A stretch of 64,000 bases of DNA from Chloroflexota bacterium (GCA_044506615.1 JBIQKJ010000005.1:67344-131343); one strand, 5' to 3'. Positions 29,189-38,929 are shown, numbered from the stretch's first letter. Program-made: numbers and translations. Notes: generated from the sequence alone by a model not told the origin.

Positions 29189-29803
29189 GTGATCGACGAG
29201 GCGGCGCGCATCGACCCGACGGCGTCGGTCGACCCCGCCGTCGAGATCGGGCCCGAGACGACGATCGGGCGGGGCGTGCTGATCGAGGCGGAGGTCCGCG
29301 TCGGTGCGCGCTCGACGATCCACGACGGCGCGCGCCTCTACCGCGGGACGACGGTCGAGGACGGCGTGTTCGTCGGCCCGAACGCGATCGTCACCAACGA
29401 CCGCTATCCACGCGCGATCACCTGGGACGGCCGGCGCGCCGAAGCGGCGGACTGGGAGCCGACTTCCGTGACGCTCGGGGAGGGATGCTCGATCGGGGCC
29501 GGCGCGATCGTCGTCGCGGGCAATGACGTCGGCCGGTTCGCGCTCGTCGGCGCGGGTGCGGTCGTGACCCGGCCGGTGCCCGCCCATGCCCTCGTCGTCG
29601 GCACACCGGCCCACCGGATCGGCTGGGTGTGCGCCTGCGGTCGGCGGCTCGTCGACTCGAGCGGCGATCCGGCTCCGGCCGAGGTCGAGCGCTACCGGAT
29701 CGACCCGACGCTCGCCTGTCCGCGCTGCGGGCGCCACTACGCGTACGTGCCGGAGGACGACGACCTCAAGGAGCGCCGAGGCCCGACCGGCCCGCGAGGG
29801 TGA
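29189..29803 (+). CDS. Hexapeptide-repeat (left-handed beta-helix) acyl/acetyltransferase with C-terminal zinc ribbon
   Basis: GTG 29189; multiple [LIV]-G-x-x-x-x hexapeptides; CACGRR...CPRCGRHY. Confidence 0.7.
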   Translation: MIDEAARIDPTASVDPAVEIGPETTIGRGVLIEAEVRVGARSTIHDGARLYRGTTVEDGVFVGPNAIVTNDRYPRAITWDGRRAEAADWEPTSVTLGEGCSIGAGAIVVAGNDVGRFALVGAGAVVTRPVPAHALVVGTPAHRIGWVCACGRRLVDSSGDPAPAEVERYRIDPTLACPRCGRHYAYVPEDDDLKERRGPTGPRG

Positions 29804-29805
29804 GC

Positions 29806-30500
29806 GGGGGGTCCGGCCCTGCCAGGGCCCTCGGACCGAAGTTGGCCCGGGCCGGCCCAGCCCGGGCCCTCGGCCGGGCCCGGCCTGCCCGCGGCCCACG
29901 GCCCTTCGACCCGGCCGATTTCGGTCCGGCCGAAGCCCCGGGAACATTCACGCGGGGCTGACCACGGAATCCGCACAACTGGCCGCGATCCCTGCACGAA
30001 TGTTCGTGGGACTTCGCGCGGAGCGAAGTTGGCCCTGCCAGGGCCCTCGGCCCTGCCAGGGCCCTCCGCCCCAGGTTGGCCCGGCCCGCCCGCGATCCCT
30101 CGGCCCGGCCGGCCCGCGGCCCACGGCCCGTCGACCCGGCCGATTTCGGTCCGGCCGAAGTGCCGGGAACATTCACGCGGGGCTAATCACGAAATCCGCA
30201 CAACTGGCCGCGATCCCTGCACGAATGTTCGTGGGACTTCGCGCCGAGCGAAGTTGGCCCTGCCAGGACCCTCGGCCTGCCCGCGGCCCTCGGCCCCAGG
30301 TTGGCCCGGCCCGCCCGCGATCCCTCGGCCCGGCCTGCCCGCGGCCCACGGTCCTTCGACCCGGCCGATTTCGGTCCGGCCGAAATACCGGGAACATTCA
30401 CGCGGGGCCGACCACCAAGTCCGCACAACTGGCCGCGATCCCTGCACGAATGTTCGTGGGACTTCGCTCGGGGCGAAGTCGGCCTCGGTGGGCCCCCAGG
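29806..30500 (+). repeat. Cluster 2: higher-order tandem array (~225-bp unit x 3) each carrying one ~113-bp structured palindromic element (29917-30029, 30142-30254, 30366-30479) plus a ~110-bp GC-rich segment
   Basis: Units ~95% identical; element = TTCGGTCCGGCCGAAG hairpin, GAACATTCACGCGGGG, centre, CCTGCACGAATGTTCGTGGG, ACTTCGCGCGGAGCGAAGT hairpin. Confidence 0.85.
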
Positions 30501-30528
30501 CCACGGCCTGGACCGCCGCGGAACGCTC

Positions 30529-31341
30529 CTAGATCCGCCCCGCGGCCAGGCGCGCGGCCTTCGCCGCCTTGGCCTCCTGCATGTGCTGCTGGTGCAGCTC
30601 CACGACCGCCTGCGGCGCGCCCTCCAGCACGACCTGCCCCCGCTCGACGAGGATCGCCCGGTTGCAGTACTCGGTCACCCAGCCCATGTCGTGCGTCACC
30701 AGCACGACCGCCTTGGCCTTGCGCACGAGCTCGATGACCCGTGCCTTCGACTTCGCCCGGAACGCGGCATCGCCAGTGGCGAGCACCTCGTCGAGGAGCA
30801 GGATGTCGGGGTCGACCGACGTCGCGATCGAGAAGCCGAGCCGCGCCCGCATGCCGGACGAGTACGTCTTGAGCGGCGCGTCGATGAACTCGCCGAGGTC
30901 GGCGAACTCGATGATCGACGGGAGAAGCTCGCGAGTCACCGCGTCGTCGAGACCGAGGAACGCCCCGCCGAGCAGGATGTTGTCCCGTCCCGAGAGCTCG
31001 CTGTCGAACCCGGCGCCGAGCGTCAGCAACCCAGACACGTGCCCGTGGACGTCGACGGTCCCTTCGGACGGCTTGAGGATTCCGGCGAGCACCTGGAGGA
31101 GCGTGCTCTTGCCCGCACCGTTCGGGCCGATGATCGCCAGCGACTCCCCGTGGGTCAGGTCGAACGAGACGTGGCGGAGCGCCCAGAACTGCTTGCCGCT
31201 CTGCCGGTTGATCAGGTTCGACAGCTGCTGCCGGATCGTCACCTTCCGGTTGAAGCGCAGGTTGTAGTAGACCCCGAGGTCCCGGACCTGGATCGCGTAC
31301 GGCGCGCCGGCACGCAGCCGGGGCGGAGCCTCGACGGTCAT
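30529..31341 (-). CDS. ABC transporter ATP-binding protein, polysaccharide/teichoic-acid export type (Wzt/TagH-like)
   Basis: Walker A GPNGAGKST, signature YSSGMRARL, Walker B ILLLDE. Confidence 0.85.
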   Translation of the reverse strand: MTVEAPPRLRAGAPYAIQVRDLGVYYNLRFNRKVTIRQQLSNLINRQSGKQFWALRHVSFDLTHGESLAIIGPNGAGKSTLLQVLAGILKPSEGTVDVHGHVSGLLTLGAGFDSELSGRDNILLGGAFLGLDDAVTRELLPSIIEFADLGEFIDAPLKTYSSGMRARLGFSIATSVDPDILLLDEVLATGDAAFRAKSKARVIELVRKAKAVVLVTHDMGWVTEYCNRAILVERGQVVLEGAPQAVVELHQQHMQEAKAAKAARLAAGRI

Positions 31342-32231
31342 CACAGCACCTTGGCGAAGGTCGGCTCGAGGCGCTTGAAGAGGATCGTCGCGAGAGCCAG
31401 GAACACGACGCTCACGACGAGGAGGATGGCGAGCCCGACCCAGTCGGGTCCGAGCCCTGCCCCCGGCGCGTCGGGCGCCCCGTAGATCACGGCGCGGTAC
31501 GAGCTGAACAGCACCGAGAACGGGTTGAGCTGGAAGATCGTGAGGATGATCGGGTGCTCCTTGACGAAGTCGACGTCCGACAGCCGGTCGAGCCCGTACA
31601 GCCCGGGGCTCAGGTACCACCACAGCCGCAGCAGGTGGCGCATGACGTTGCCGAGGTCGCGGAAGAACACGTTGGCCGCCGACACGAGGATCGCCATTGC
31701 CAGCGAGAACACGTACTGCACGACCGCGATCACCGGGATCAGCAGCACGAACGGGGTGATCCGGTCGCTGTAGAACAGGAGGAGCGCGCCGAGCGGGATG
31801 AGCCCGAAGGCGAAACCGACGATCCCCGCGGTCGCCGACGAGATCGGCAGCACGATCTTCGGGAACGCGATCTGGCGGATCAGCTGGCTCGAGCTCACCA
31901 CCGACGACGACGCGTCGTTGACCACGCTCGAGAACCACTTCCACGGCAGGATCGCGCAGAAGATGAACAGCGGGAAATCGGGGTAGAGACCGCGCGCCAG
32001 GATCGTGATGAACACGAAGTACACGGCCATCTGGAGGAGCGGGTCGAGCACCCACCAGAAGTTGCCGATGAGCGTGTCGGCGCCGCGCTTCTTCATGTCC
32101 GCGCGAACGAGGTACCCGACCAGCCGCTGCCGCGATCGGACCTCCCCGATCGCCTCGGTCAGCAAGGCAATCGGGCTTCTCGCACCGGCCGTGTTGCTGT
32201 AGGCAGCCGGCGCTTCGGTCGTGGCGGACAT
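31341..32231 (-). CDS. ABC-2 type transporter permease (Wzm/TagG-like)
   Basis: 6 TM helices; 1-nt overlap (ATGA) with downstream ATPase gene; start at internal Met 32231. Confidence 0.8.
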   Translation of the reverse strand: MSATTEAPAAYSNTAGARSPIALLTEAIGEVRSRQRLVGYLVRADMKKRGADTLIGNFWWVLDPLLQMAVYFVFITILARGLYPDFPLFIFCAILPWKWFSSVVNDASSSVVSSSQLIRQIAFPKIVLPISSATAGIVGFAFGLIPLGALLLFYSDRITPFVLLIPVIAVVQYVFSLAMAILVSAANVFFRDLGNVMRHLLRLWWYLSPGLYGLDRLSDVDFVKEHPIILTIFQLNPFSVLFSSYRAVIYGAPDAPGAGLGPDWVGLAILLVVSVVFLALATILFKRLEPTFAKVL

Positions 32232-32490
32232 CGGGCCGAAGGGTATCACCTGACGGGGCCCCGGCAGGCGCGGTCGACCCCGTCCAGGGGCCGCGCCGGC
32301 CCTTGTGGCGAGCCGACCCGAGGGCCTATAGTCGCGGCGGCGGCATCCGGCGCCCAAGCTCCGATCGGGTCCCTGCGCGATCCGCTCGAGGAGCCAAAGG
32401 GGATCGCTGTCCTCCGGATGACTGACGGTCGTGTGCCTGATGGTCGTCGCTTCGGTGCGCAGGGCTGACGCGGTGGCCGGAGGGACATCG

Positions 32491-33468
32491 ATGACCGAGC
32501 AGAAGCACCGCAAGGCGCTCATCCGCGCGCGGATGGCGCGGACCGGCGAGTCGTACACGGTCGCGCGCAGCCACATCGTCGCGCGCGAGATTCCGCCGAG
32601 CCTGACCCCCACGGCCGCCTTCCAGGCCCACGACCGTCACTGCATGACGGTCGTGTTCACGCCCGACGACCAGGAGCTGATCAGCGGCGGCTTCGGTGGC
32701 CAGGCACGGATCTGGACCCTCGACGGCCGGCCCGCCGGCGAGCTGGCCGGACACGAGCAATCGGTGAACGTCGTGCGCATCTCGGCGGACGGCGAGACCG
32801 CGATCACGGCGAGCTCCGACAAGACGGTGCGCGTGTGGGACCTCCCGACACGCAGCGAGCGCGGGATCCTCGGGCGGCACCGTCGCCAGATCCTCTCGCT
32901 CGACCTCGATGCGGCGCGCGGTCGGGCGTGGAGCGGCGGTCACGACGGCAGGCTCATCGCCTGGGACCTCGAGCGCGGGGACGCGATCGTCGAGCTGGAC
33001 CTCGGCACATCGGTGACCGCGCTCGCGGTCCGTGCCTCGGACGGCGCGGTCCTCGCCGGCACGGCTGGCGGGGGGATCGCGATCGTCGACCCGGACGGAG
33101 CGCTCCTGACCCGGCTCGGGGATCCGGCAGCCGTGATCGGCTCGGCGTCCTGGGCCGCCGACGGCTCGTTCCTGATCGCCTCGACCCGGGACGGCTCCAC
33201 GATCTGGGCCGCGGACGGCTGGGAAGCGGTCCGCACCCTCGTCGGCGGGTCGGGCAGCATGCTCCCGGTCGCGCTGAGCCCGGACGGGAGCCGCATCGCG
33301 CTCGGGTGGGACAACCACCTCGGCCTGTGGAGCGCCGACGAGTCGGCGCCTGCGGTGACCGTCGACGGTCTGCCGAAGGGCGTCTACGGCTTGTCGTTCT
33401 CGCACGACGGTCGGCATCTTGCGATGTCGGCCGCCGACGGGCGCGTGCGGCTCTGGTCGGTCACGTAG
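32491..33468 (+). CDS. WD40-repeat beta-propeller protein
   Basis: Repeated ...GH...V..V.FSPDG...SDKTVRVWD... blades; ATG 32491. Confidence 0.75.
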   Translation: MTEQKHRKALIRARMARTGESYTVARSHIVAREIPPSLTPTAAFQAHDRHCMTVVFTPDDQELISGGFGGQARIWTLDGRPAGELAGHEQSVNVVRISADGETAITASSDKTVRVWDLPTRSERGILGRHRRQILSLDLDAARGRAWSGGHDGRLIAWDLERGDAIVELDLGTSVTALAVRASDGAVLAGTAGGGIAIVDPDGALLTRLGDPAAVIGSASWAADGSFLIASTRDGSTIWAADGWEAVRTLVGGSGSMLPVALSPDGSRIALGWDNHLGLWSADESAPAVTVDGLPKGVYGLSFSHDGRHLAMSAADGRVRLWSVT

Positions 33469-33516
33469 CGGACGAATCCCGGTGACGCGGCCGGGGCCCC
33501 GCCGATCGGTGCGGAC

Positions 33517-34641
33517 TCAGGAGCCGAGGAACCGCTCCACGAAGCGGTCGCTCGCGCGCCCGTCCGCGTCGCCGAGGTGCCGGGCGATGAACGCGTCCCA
33601 CGCCGCGTCGTCGACGCGGGACGATCGGACCGCCTCGATCACCTCGTCGGTCGTCGTCGCGATCGCGCCGACGAGGTCGCGGCGCATGTCGAGGTACAGG
33701 CCGGGATCGGCCTCGTAGGCCGCGAGATCGGGCACGATCAGCACGATCGGCCGACGCAGCAGCGCGAACTCGAAGACCGAGGACGAGTAGTCGGTCAGCA
33801 GGACGTCGGTCGCCGTGAAGACCTCGTTGATCTCCAGCCGGGGATCGATGACCACGTCGAAGCCGGCGGTCCACGCCGGGTCCACCGCGAGGTTCGGGTG
33901 GGTCTTGACCGCGAGCACGTGATCCGCGGGCAGCGCGGCTCGGAGCCGCGCGGTGTCGATCGGTGGGCCGGGGTGCTTGCCGCGACCGCGGCCGCGGAAC
34001 GTCGGGGCGTAGAGGACGACCCGGCCCCCCGCGAGCGCCGGATAGCGCCGGAGGACGGCCGCCCGGGCCGCGTCCATCGACTCACGGTCGAAGAAGAAGT
34101 CGGTGCGGGCCGAGCCGAGCGGGAGCACCCGCTCGAAGGGCGTGCGGAACGCGCGCGCCCACGGCTCGCGCGACGCCTCCGACGTCGTGACGACGTAGTC
34201 GTAGCCGCGGTGGAGGAACGACCGCTCGGGCTCCTCGAGCGGCTGGCTGGTGTCGGCCCCGAAGCGCTTGAGCGCCCCGACCGCGTGCCACACCTGGACC
34301 ACGGTGGTCGACGGGCGACGGGACCCCACGTGGACGGGGAGGTACGCGTTGTCGATGACGACCAGCCGCGCGGTCTGGAGGTGGTACATGCCGCGGATCG
34401 TCCGGAGCAGGTAGCCGAGCTTGGCGCGGAGGCCGTAGCCGTACGGCTCGAGCAGCAGCACGTACCGCAGGTCCGGCCGCCGCCGACGCATCGCGGCGAA
34501 GATCCAGGCCAGGTTGCCCTCCAGGGCGGTGTGGCGGGGGCTGGCGAGCACGACGCGGTTGGGTCGGACCGGGAGCAGGCGGCACAGGGCGGCAACGATG
34601 CGCAGGAGGGCCTGCGCGAGGCGGAACTCGAGCCGGCTCAT
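33517..34641 (-). CDS. CDP-glycerol/CDP-ribitol:poly(alditol phosphate) phosphotransferase, TagF/TagB family
   Basis: VVLYAPTFRGRGRG and LAVKTHPN motifs of TagF family. Confidence 0.75.
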   Translation of the reverse strand: MSRLEFRLAQALLRIVAALCRLLPVRPNRVVLASPRHTALEGNLAWIFAAMRRRRPDLRYVLLLEPYGYGLRAKLGYLLRTIRGMYHLQTARLVVIDNAYLPVHVGSRRPSTTVVQVWHAVGALKRFGADTSQPLEEPERSFLHRGYDYVVTTSEASREPWARAFRTPFERVLPLGSARTDFFFDRESMDAARAAVLRRYPALAGGRVVLYAPTFRGRGRGKHPGPPIDTARLRAALPADHVLAVKTHPNLAVDPAWTAGFDVVIDPRLEINEVFTATDVLLTDYSSSVFEFALLRRPIVLIVPDLAAYEADPGLYLDMRRDLVGAIATTTDEVIEAVRSSRVDDAAWDAFIARHLGDADGRASDRFVERFLGS

Positions 34642-36161
34642 CCGGGGCGACGCTGACCCCCCGGCAGTGCCTCCGCGGCGACGGAACCCGGCACGCCCTC
34701 GCCGGCGGCGGCCTCGCCGCCGGGGACGTCGACCGGGCCGGTCCTCGTCGGATCTCCCGCCGGCGCCGCGGCGCCGTCGTGACGCTTGATGTCGACCACC
34801 TGGCCCGTCAGGTCGGAGCGGAGCAGCCGGAGGGTGGCGACGGCCACCTCGGCCGCGGTGAGCATCCCGACCGGGGATTCGTCGGGGAACGCGCGCCGGC
34901 GCATCGGCGTGTCGGTGCGCTCCGGGCTCACCGCGTTGACGCGGATGCGGTCGTCGGCCCACTCGTCCGCGAGCCCCTGGACGACGTTGACGACCGCGGC
35001 CTTGCTCGCGGAGTAGGCGACGTATTCCGGGCGTCCGCGGGTGAACGAGCTCGACGCGAAGAGCGTCAACGAGCCGGCCGCGTCCCGGAGATGCGGGTAG
35101 GCCGCGCGGGCGACGTTGAGCGACCCGGTCAGGTTGACGTCGATGATCTCGGCAAGCTCCTCGGGCTGCGTCTCGCTGACCCGGCCGATCCGCAGCAGCC
35201 CCGCGGTGCACACGACGTGGTCGAGCCCGCCGAGCGCCTCCGCGGCGGCGTCGACCCGAGCCTGTACCGCCGCGGCGTCCCGGATGTCGAGCCCGAGCGA
35301 CCGGCCCTCGACCGCGGTCCGCGCACCGAGCCGCCCGGCCTCATCGGCAATCGCCTTGCCGATGCCGTTCGTGCCGCCGATCACGAGGATCCGATCGCCC
35401 TCGAGCGTCTCCTCCGCCACCCCGGGCGCGGGCGGGGCGAGGATGCGCATCTGGAGCATGCGGTCGGCGAGCACGAGGTCGATGCGCGTCGTGATCTTCA
35501 GGTTGACCTCGTCGCCGGCCACGGCCAGGACCCGCGCCGACGGCACGTAGCGCAGGACGAGGCTGCAGTCGTCGGTCGCCTGGAGGTCGCCCGCGTCGGC
35601 GGCCCGCTCGTACGCCGCGCGGAGCACGCCCGCCAGGAAGACCTGCGGGGTCTGGCCCCGGCGGTAGCGCGCCCGGTCGGGGATCTCGACGACGTCGTCC
35701 CCCTCCACCACGACGAGCGTGTCGGCGCTCGGAATGACGGTGTCGGTCGCCTCCGCGACGCCGGTCGCGACGGGCTCGATCGAGCGGCGAACGACGTCGA
35801 CCGGGACCAGCGGGCGGACGGCGTCGTGGACGACGACGACGTCCGAGTCGGCCGCGCCCAGCGCCCGAAGCCCGGCGAGCGTGCTCTCGTTGCGTGTCGC
35901 CCCGCCCGGCACGACCGACACGGGCACGCCCCCGACCGCCTCACCGACGGCCGCCGTGGTCTGGGGCACCCAGTCCGGATGCGACACGATCACGATCCGG
36001 TCGACGCCCGCCTCCGCGACCGCCCGGACGCTCCGGACGAGGATCTCCTCGCCGGCCAGCCGGATGAACTGCTTGGGCTTCTCGGCCCCGAAGCGCGTGC
36101 CGCCGCCGCCGGCGAGCAGGATCGCGAGGATGCGCCGCTCGGGCGTCGGGCGCTCGGTCAC
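34638..36161 (-). CDS. Bifunctional IspD/TarI-type cytidylyltransferase + SDR reductase (Bcs1-like CDP-ribitol synthase)
   Basis: N-terminal ILLAGGGGTRFG...K cytidylyltransferase; C-terminal GGTNGIGKA...YSASKAA SDR; GTG start overlaps upstream stop. Confidence 0.75.
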   Translation of the reverse strand: MTERPTPERRILAILLAGGGGTRFGAEKPKQFIRLAGEEILVRSVRAVAEAGVDRIVIVSHPDWVPQTTAAVGEAVGGVPVSVVPGGATRNESTLAGLRALGAADSDVVVVHDAVRPLVPVDVVRRSIEPVATGVAEATDTVIPSADTLVVVEGDDVVEIPDRARYRRGQTPQVFLAGVLRAAYERAADAGDLQATDDCSLVLRYVPSARVLAVAGDEVNLKITTRIDLVLADRMLQMRILAPPAPGVAEETLEGDRILVIGGTNGIGKAIADEAGRLGARTAVEGRSLGLDIRDAAAVQARVDAAAEALGGLDHVVCTAGLLRIGRVSETQPEELAEIIDVNLTGSLNVARAAYPHLRDAAGSLTLFASSSFTRGRPEYVAYSASKAAVVNVVQGLADEWADDRIRVNAVSPERTDTPMRRRAFPDESPVGMLTAAEVAVATLRLLRSDLTGQVVDIKRHDGAAAPAGDPTRTGPVDVPGGEAAAGEGVPGSVAAEALPGGQRRPG

Positions 36162-37573
36162 GTGAGCCGCCGCGACGACATGCCACGGGACGCGATGCGG
36201 CGAACACGTCGGATGAAGGGGCGCCAGGGCCGTCCGGCACGCCGCCGCCGGTGCATCTCGTGGGTCATGGGGGGCCGGATCCGGGGACGGGGCTCGGTCG
36301 CGACTCGGATGAGCTCGTCGGCATGCGCCTGCGTCCTCGGGTCTGCCATGCGCGCGCGCATGTCCCAGGCGCGCATTCGCTGCTCCTCACGCTCGGACAT
36401 GCGGCCGAGCCGTGCGTCCAGCTCAGCCACGACCCACGCGCGATGGCCGTCGGCGACTCCGTCGGCCGATGGGGCGTACCAGCGCTTGAGCCACGACAGG
36501 TTGGACGAGTCGGCGCGGACTCTCTCCCGAAGCAGTCGCATCAGCCGGCTCGAGCCCGGGTAGCGGGCGAGCGTGAACGCGACCACGTCCTCGTGGGGGA
36601 TCGGGACCTGGCTCAGGCGTTTCACGGAGTCGCGCCCCCTGATCATGTGCTCGAGATCTGCGTCGCTTGGCCAGACCCCGGTCAGCGCGGCATCGAGGGT
36701 CGACTTTCGGAAGCACTTCCAGCACGACCGGCACGGTTCGCCGGGCTGGCCGCGAATGCAGGACTGGACCAGATCACTCCATGGAGAGCCGGTGCAGATG
36801 CGTGCCGTCCCGACCTCGCTCACGCCGGCGACCGGGCTACCGAACTGGAGTCCGACGGCGGCGAATGCCGTCGCCCACGGCACGCGTCGCCGACTCCAGT
36901 CGAGGAACACGGGATGGCCAATCCCGTAGGCGCTCTCGGCGATCACGCCCCAGCTGACCGAGTCGAAGCACCGCTTGTCGGCGAGCAGGACGGCAGCGGC
37001 CGCGTTCGCCCAGTCGGTCGGGAAGCCAACGGCGTTGCGGAGGTGCTCGAAGTCGGACTCGACGACCGACACGAAGCGCCCGTGCCGGGTTTGTAGCTGC
37101 TCGATCGCGTACATCGCGGCGTCGTCACGATAGATGGACCGAATCTCGCCAGCCGGGGGATCGATCCGGCGATGGAAGACAGCCTGGGTGTGGGTCGGCA
37201 TCACGGTCAGCGCGGCGAACGAGTCGGCGCCTCCGCTGAAGGCCAGCGCCGGGAGACCGTCCGCGGGTGTCGACCGTGGTTCGAGCGTGGTGTCGATCGG
37301 TGCCAGATCAACCTTCAGGTGCTCGTGCACGGCGCGCGCGAACGGCTCCGAGACCCCGCGATCGAACGCCAGCGCGTTCGCCCACGGTCGAAGCAGGAGC
37401 ACGACGGCGAGCGCCTCCAGATCTGGGTGAACGTCGTCGGCCACGAGGTCGGCGATCCGGAAACGTGCTTCGAAACGGACCATGTTCCCGCGGGTCCGCT
37501 CGATCGGTTCGCCGTTCTCGGCGACGAAGCGGAAGGTGGGTCCGTCAGCGCCCCAGTCCGTGTGCACCCTCAC
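36158..37573 (-). CDS. PP-loop superfamily ATPase (SGGADS motif) with C-terminal Cys cluster; candidate sugar amidotransferase/amidoligase
   Basis: LAFSGGADSFAAL PP-loop; CIRGQPGEPCRSCWKC; Arg-rich tail. Confidence 0.6.
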   Translation of the reverse strand: MRVHTDWGADGPTFRFVAENGEPIERTRGNMVRFEARFRIADLVADDVHPDLEALAVVLLLRPWANALAFDRGVSEPFARAVHEHLKVDLAPIDTTLEPRSTPADGLPALAFSGGADSFAALTVMPTHTQAVFHRRIDPPAGEIRSIYRDDAAMYAIEQLQTRHGRFVSVVESDFEHLRNAVGFPTDWANAAAAVLLADKRCFDSVSWGVIAESAYGIGHPVFLDWSRRRVPWATAFAAVGLQFGSPVAGVSEVGTARICTGSPWSDLVQSCIRGQPGEPCRSCWKCFRKSTLDAALTGVWPSDADLEHMIRGRDSVKRLSQVPIPHEDVVAFTLARYPGSSRLMRLLRERVRADSSNLSWLKRWYAPSADGVADGHRAWVVAELDARLGRMSEREEQRMRAWDMRARMADPRTQAHADELIRVATEPRPRIRPPMTHEMHRRRRAGRPWRPFIRRVRRIASRGMSSRRLT

Positions 37574-37686
37574 GGCCGGTACTCTACAGGCTCACCTGTG
37601 CGAGCGGCCGCAGCCCCCGCTGCCGTCGACCGGGGCCCACGGCCGTCGTCGAATGCCGACCGCCCGCTCGGCCTATCCTCTCCGGG

Positions 37687-38871
37687 ATGCGCCGTGTCCT
37701 CACCCTGCTTCGCCTCGCCTTGGTCCGGGCGGGCTTCGCCGCCGGTCGCCGGCTCCCGCTCAGGCGTCGGGTCGTGCTCGCAACCGCGCACGCCGAGCGC
37801 ATCTCGGGCAACCTCGAGTTCATCCGCCGCGAGCTCGCAGCCCGGTACCCCGGGCTGCCAGTGACGGTCTTCGCGTTCCGCCAGTCGACCTCGCGAGGTG
37901 GCCGGATCGGGGCGGCGATCAAGGCGCTGCGGTCCGGCTTCCTGCTCGCGACCTCGCGGGTCGTCGTGGTCGACGACTACTTCTTCCCGATCTACGCGGT
38001 CACGCCGCGACCGGGCACGGTGCGCGCGCAGGTGTGGCACGCGTGCGGGGCCTTCAAGAAGTTCGGCTACTCCGTCGTCGAGAAGGAGTTCGGGGCGGAC
38101 GAGGACCTCCTGAAGCACGTCCGCATTCACAGCAACTACGACATCGTCCTGGTCTCGTCCCGGTCGGTCGCCCCGCACTATGCCGAGGCGTTCGACCAGC
38201 CGCTCGAGCTGTTCCGGTCCGATCTGGGCATCCCGCGCACCGACGTCTTCTTCGGGGAGGAGCGGATCGCCGCCACGGCCGCGTCGGTTCGTGCCCGCTA
38301 TGCGATCCCCGCCGACCGGCGGGTCGTCCTGTACGCCCCGACGTTCCGTGGTGCGACGATCGGCCAGGCCGCGCATCCCGCACACCTCGACCTTCCCCGG
38401 ATGCACGAGGCGCTCGGTGACGACCACGTCGTGCTCGTGCGGCTGCACCCGTTCGTCCGTGCCGCCGCGCCGATCCCGCCTGAGCTCGCCGGGTTCGCGA
38501 TCGACGTCTCCGATCACCCCGAGTTCAACGAGCTCCTGCTCGTGACCGACGTGCTCGTGACCGACTACTCGAGCGCGATCTTCGAGTTCGCGTTGCTCGG
38601 CCGGCCGATGGCCTTCCTCGCTCCCGACCATGCCGCCTACGAACGCGAGCGGGGGTTCTACTTCGACTACGCGAGCGGAGTTCCGGGTCCGGTCTTCGAG
38701 ACGACCGACGCACTCGCCGGGTGGCTTCGCTCGGGCGTGGTGGACCTCGATCGAGTCGCGCGCTTCCGGCAGGCGTCGTTCGACGTCGCCGACGGCGGGG
38801 CGACGGCCCGCTTCGTCGACCGCGTCGTCGTGCCCGGACTCCGCGATGGGAGCATCGCGCGTCCCTCCTGA
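37687..38871 (+). CDS. Second TagF/TagB-family alditol-phosphate transferase
   Basis: VVLYAPTFRGATIG and LVRLHPFV motifs. Confidence 0.75.
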   Translation: MRRVLTLLRLALVRAGFAAGRRLPLRRRVVLATAHAERISGNLEFIRRELAARYPGLPVTVFAFRQSTSRGGRIGAAIKALRSGFLLATSRVVVVDDYFFPIYAVTPRPGTVRAQVWHACGAFKKFGYSVVEKEFGADEDLLKHVRIHSNYDIVLVSSRSVAPHYAEAFDQPLELFRSDLGIPRTDVFFGEERIAATAASVRARYAIPADRRVVLYAPTFRGATIGQAAHPAHLDLPRMHEALGDDHVVLVRLHPFVRAAAPIPPELAGFAIDVSDHPEFNELLLVTDVLVTDYSSAIFEFALLGRPMAFLAPDHAAYERERGFYFDYASGVPGPVFETTDALAGWLRSGVVDLDRVARFRQASFDVADGGATARFVDRVVVPGLRDGSIARPS

Positions 38872-38929
38872 CCACGCGCGGAGCCACCGCCGACGGCGTG
38901 CGCAGGGGTCGTGATGTACCCTTCCGCCG

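Noticed and set aside
29586-30737. ORFs lying inside the repeat clusters (29586-30737, 30029-30532, 56205-57011, 56531-57196, 14423-15958)
   Set aside because: Their periodic Pro/Arg-rich translations simply mirror the DNA tandem repeats, so they are not treated as coding.
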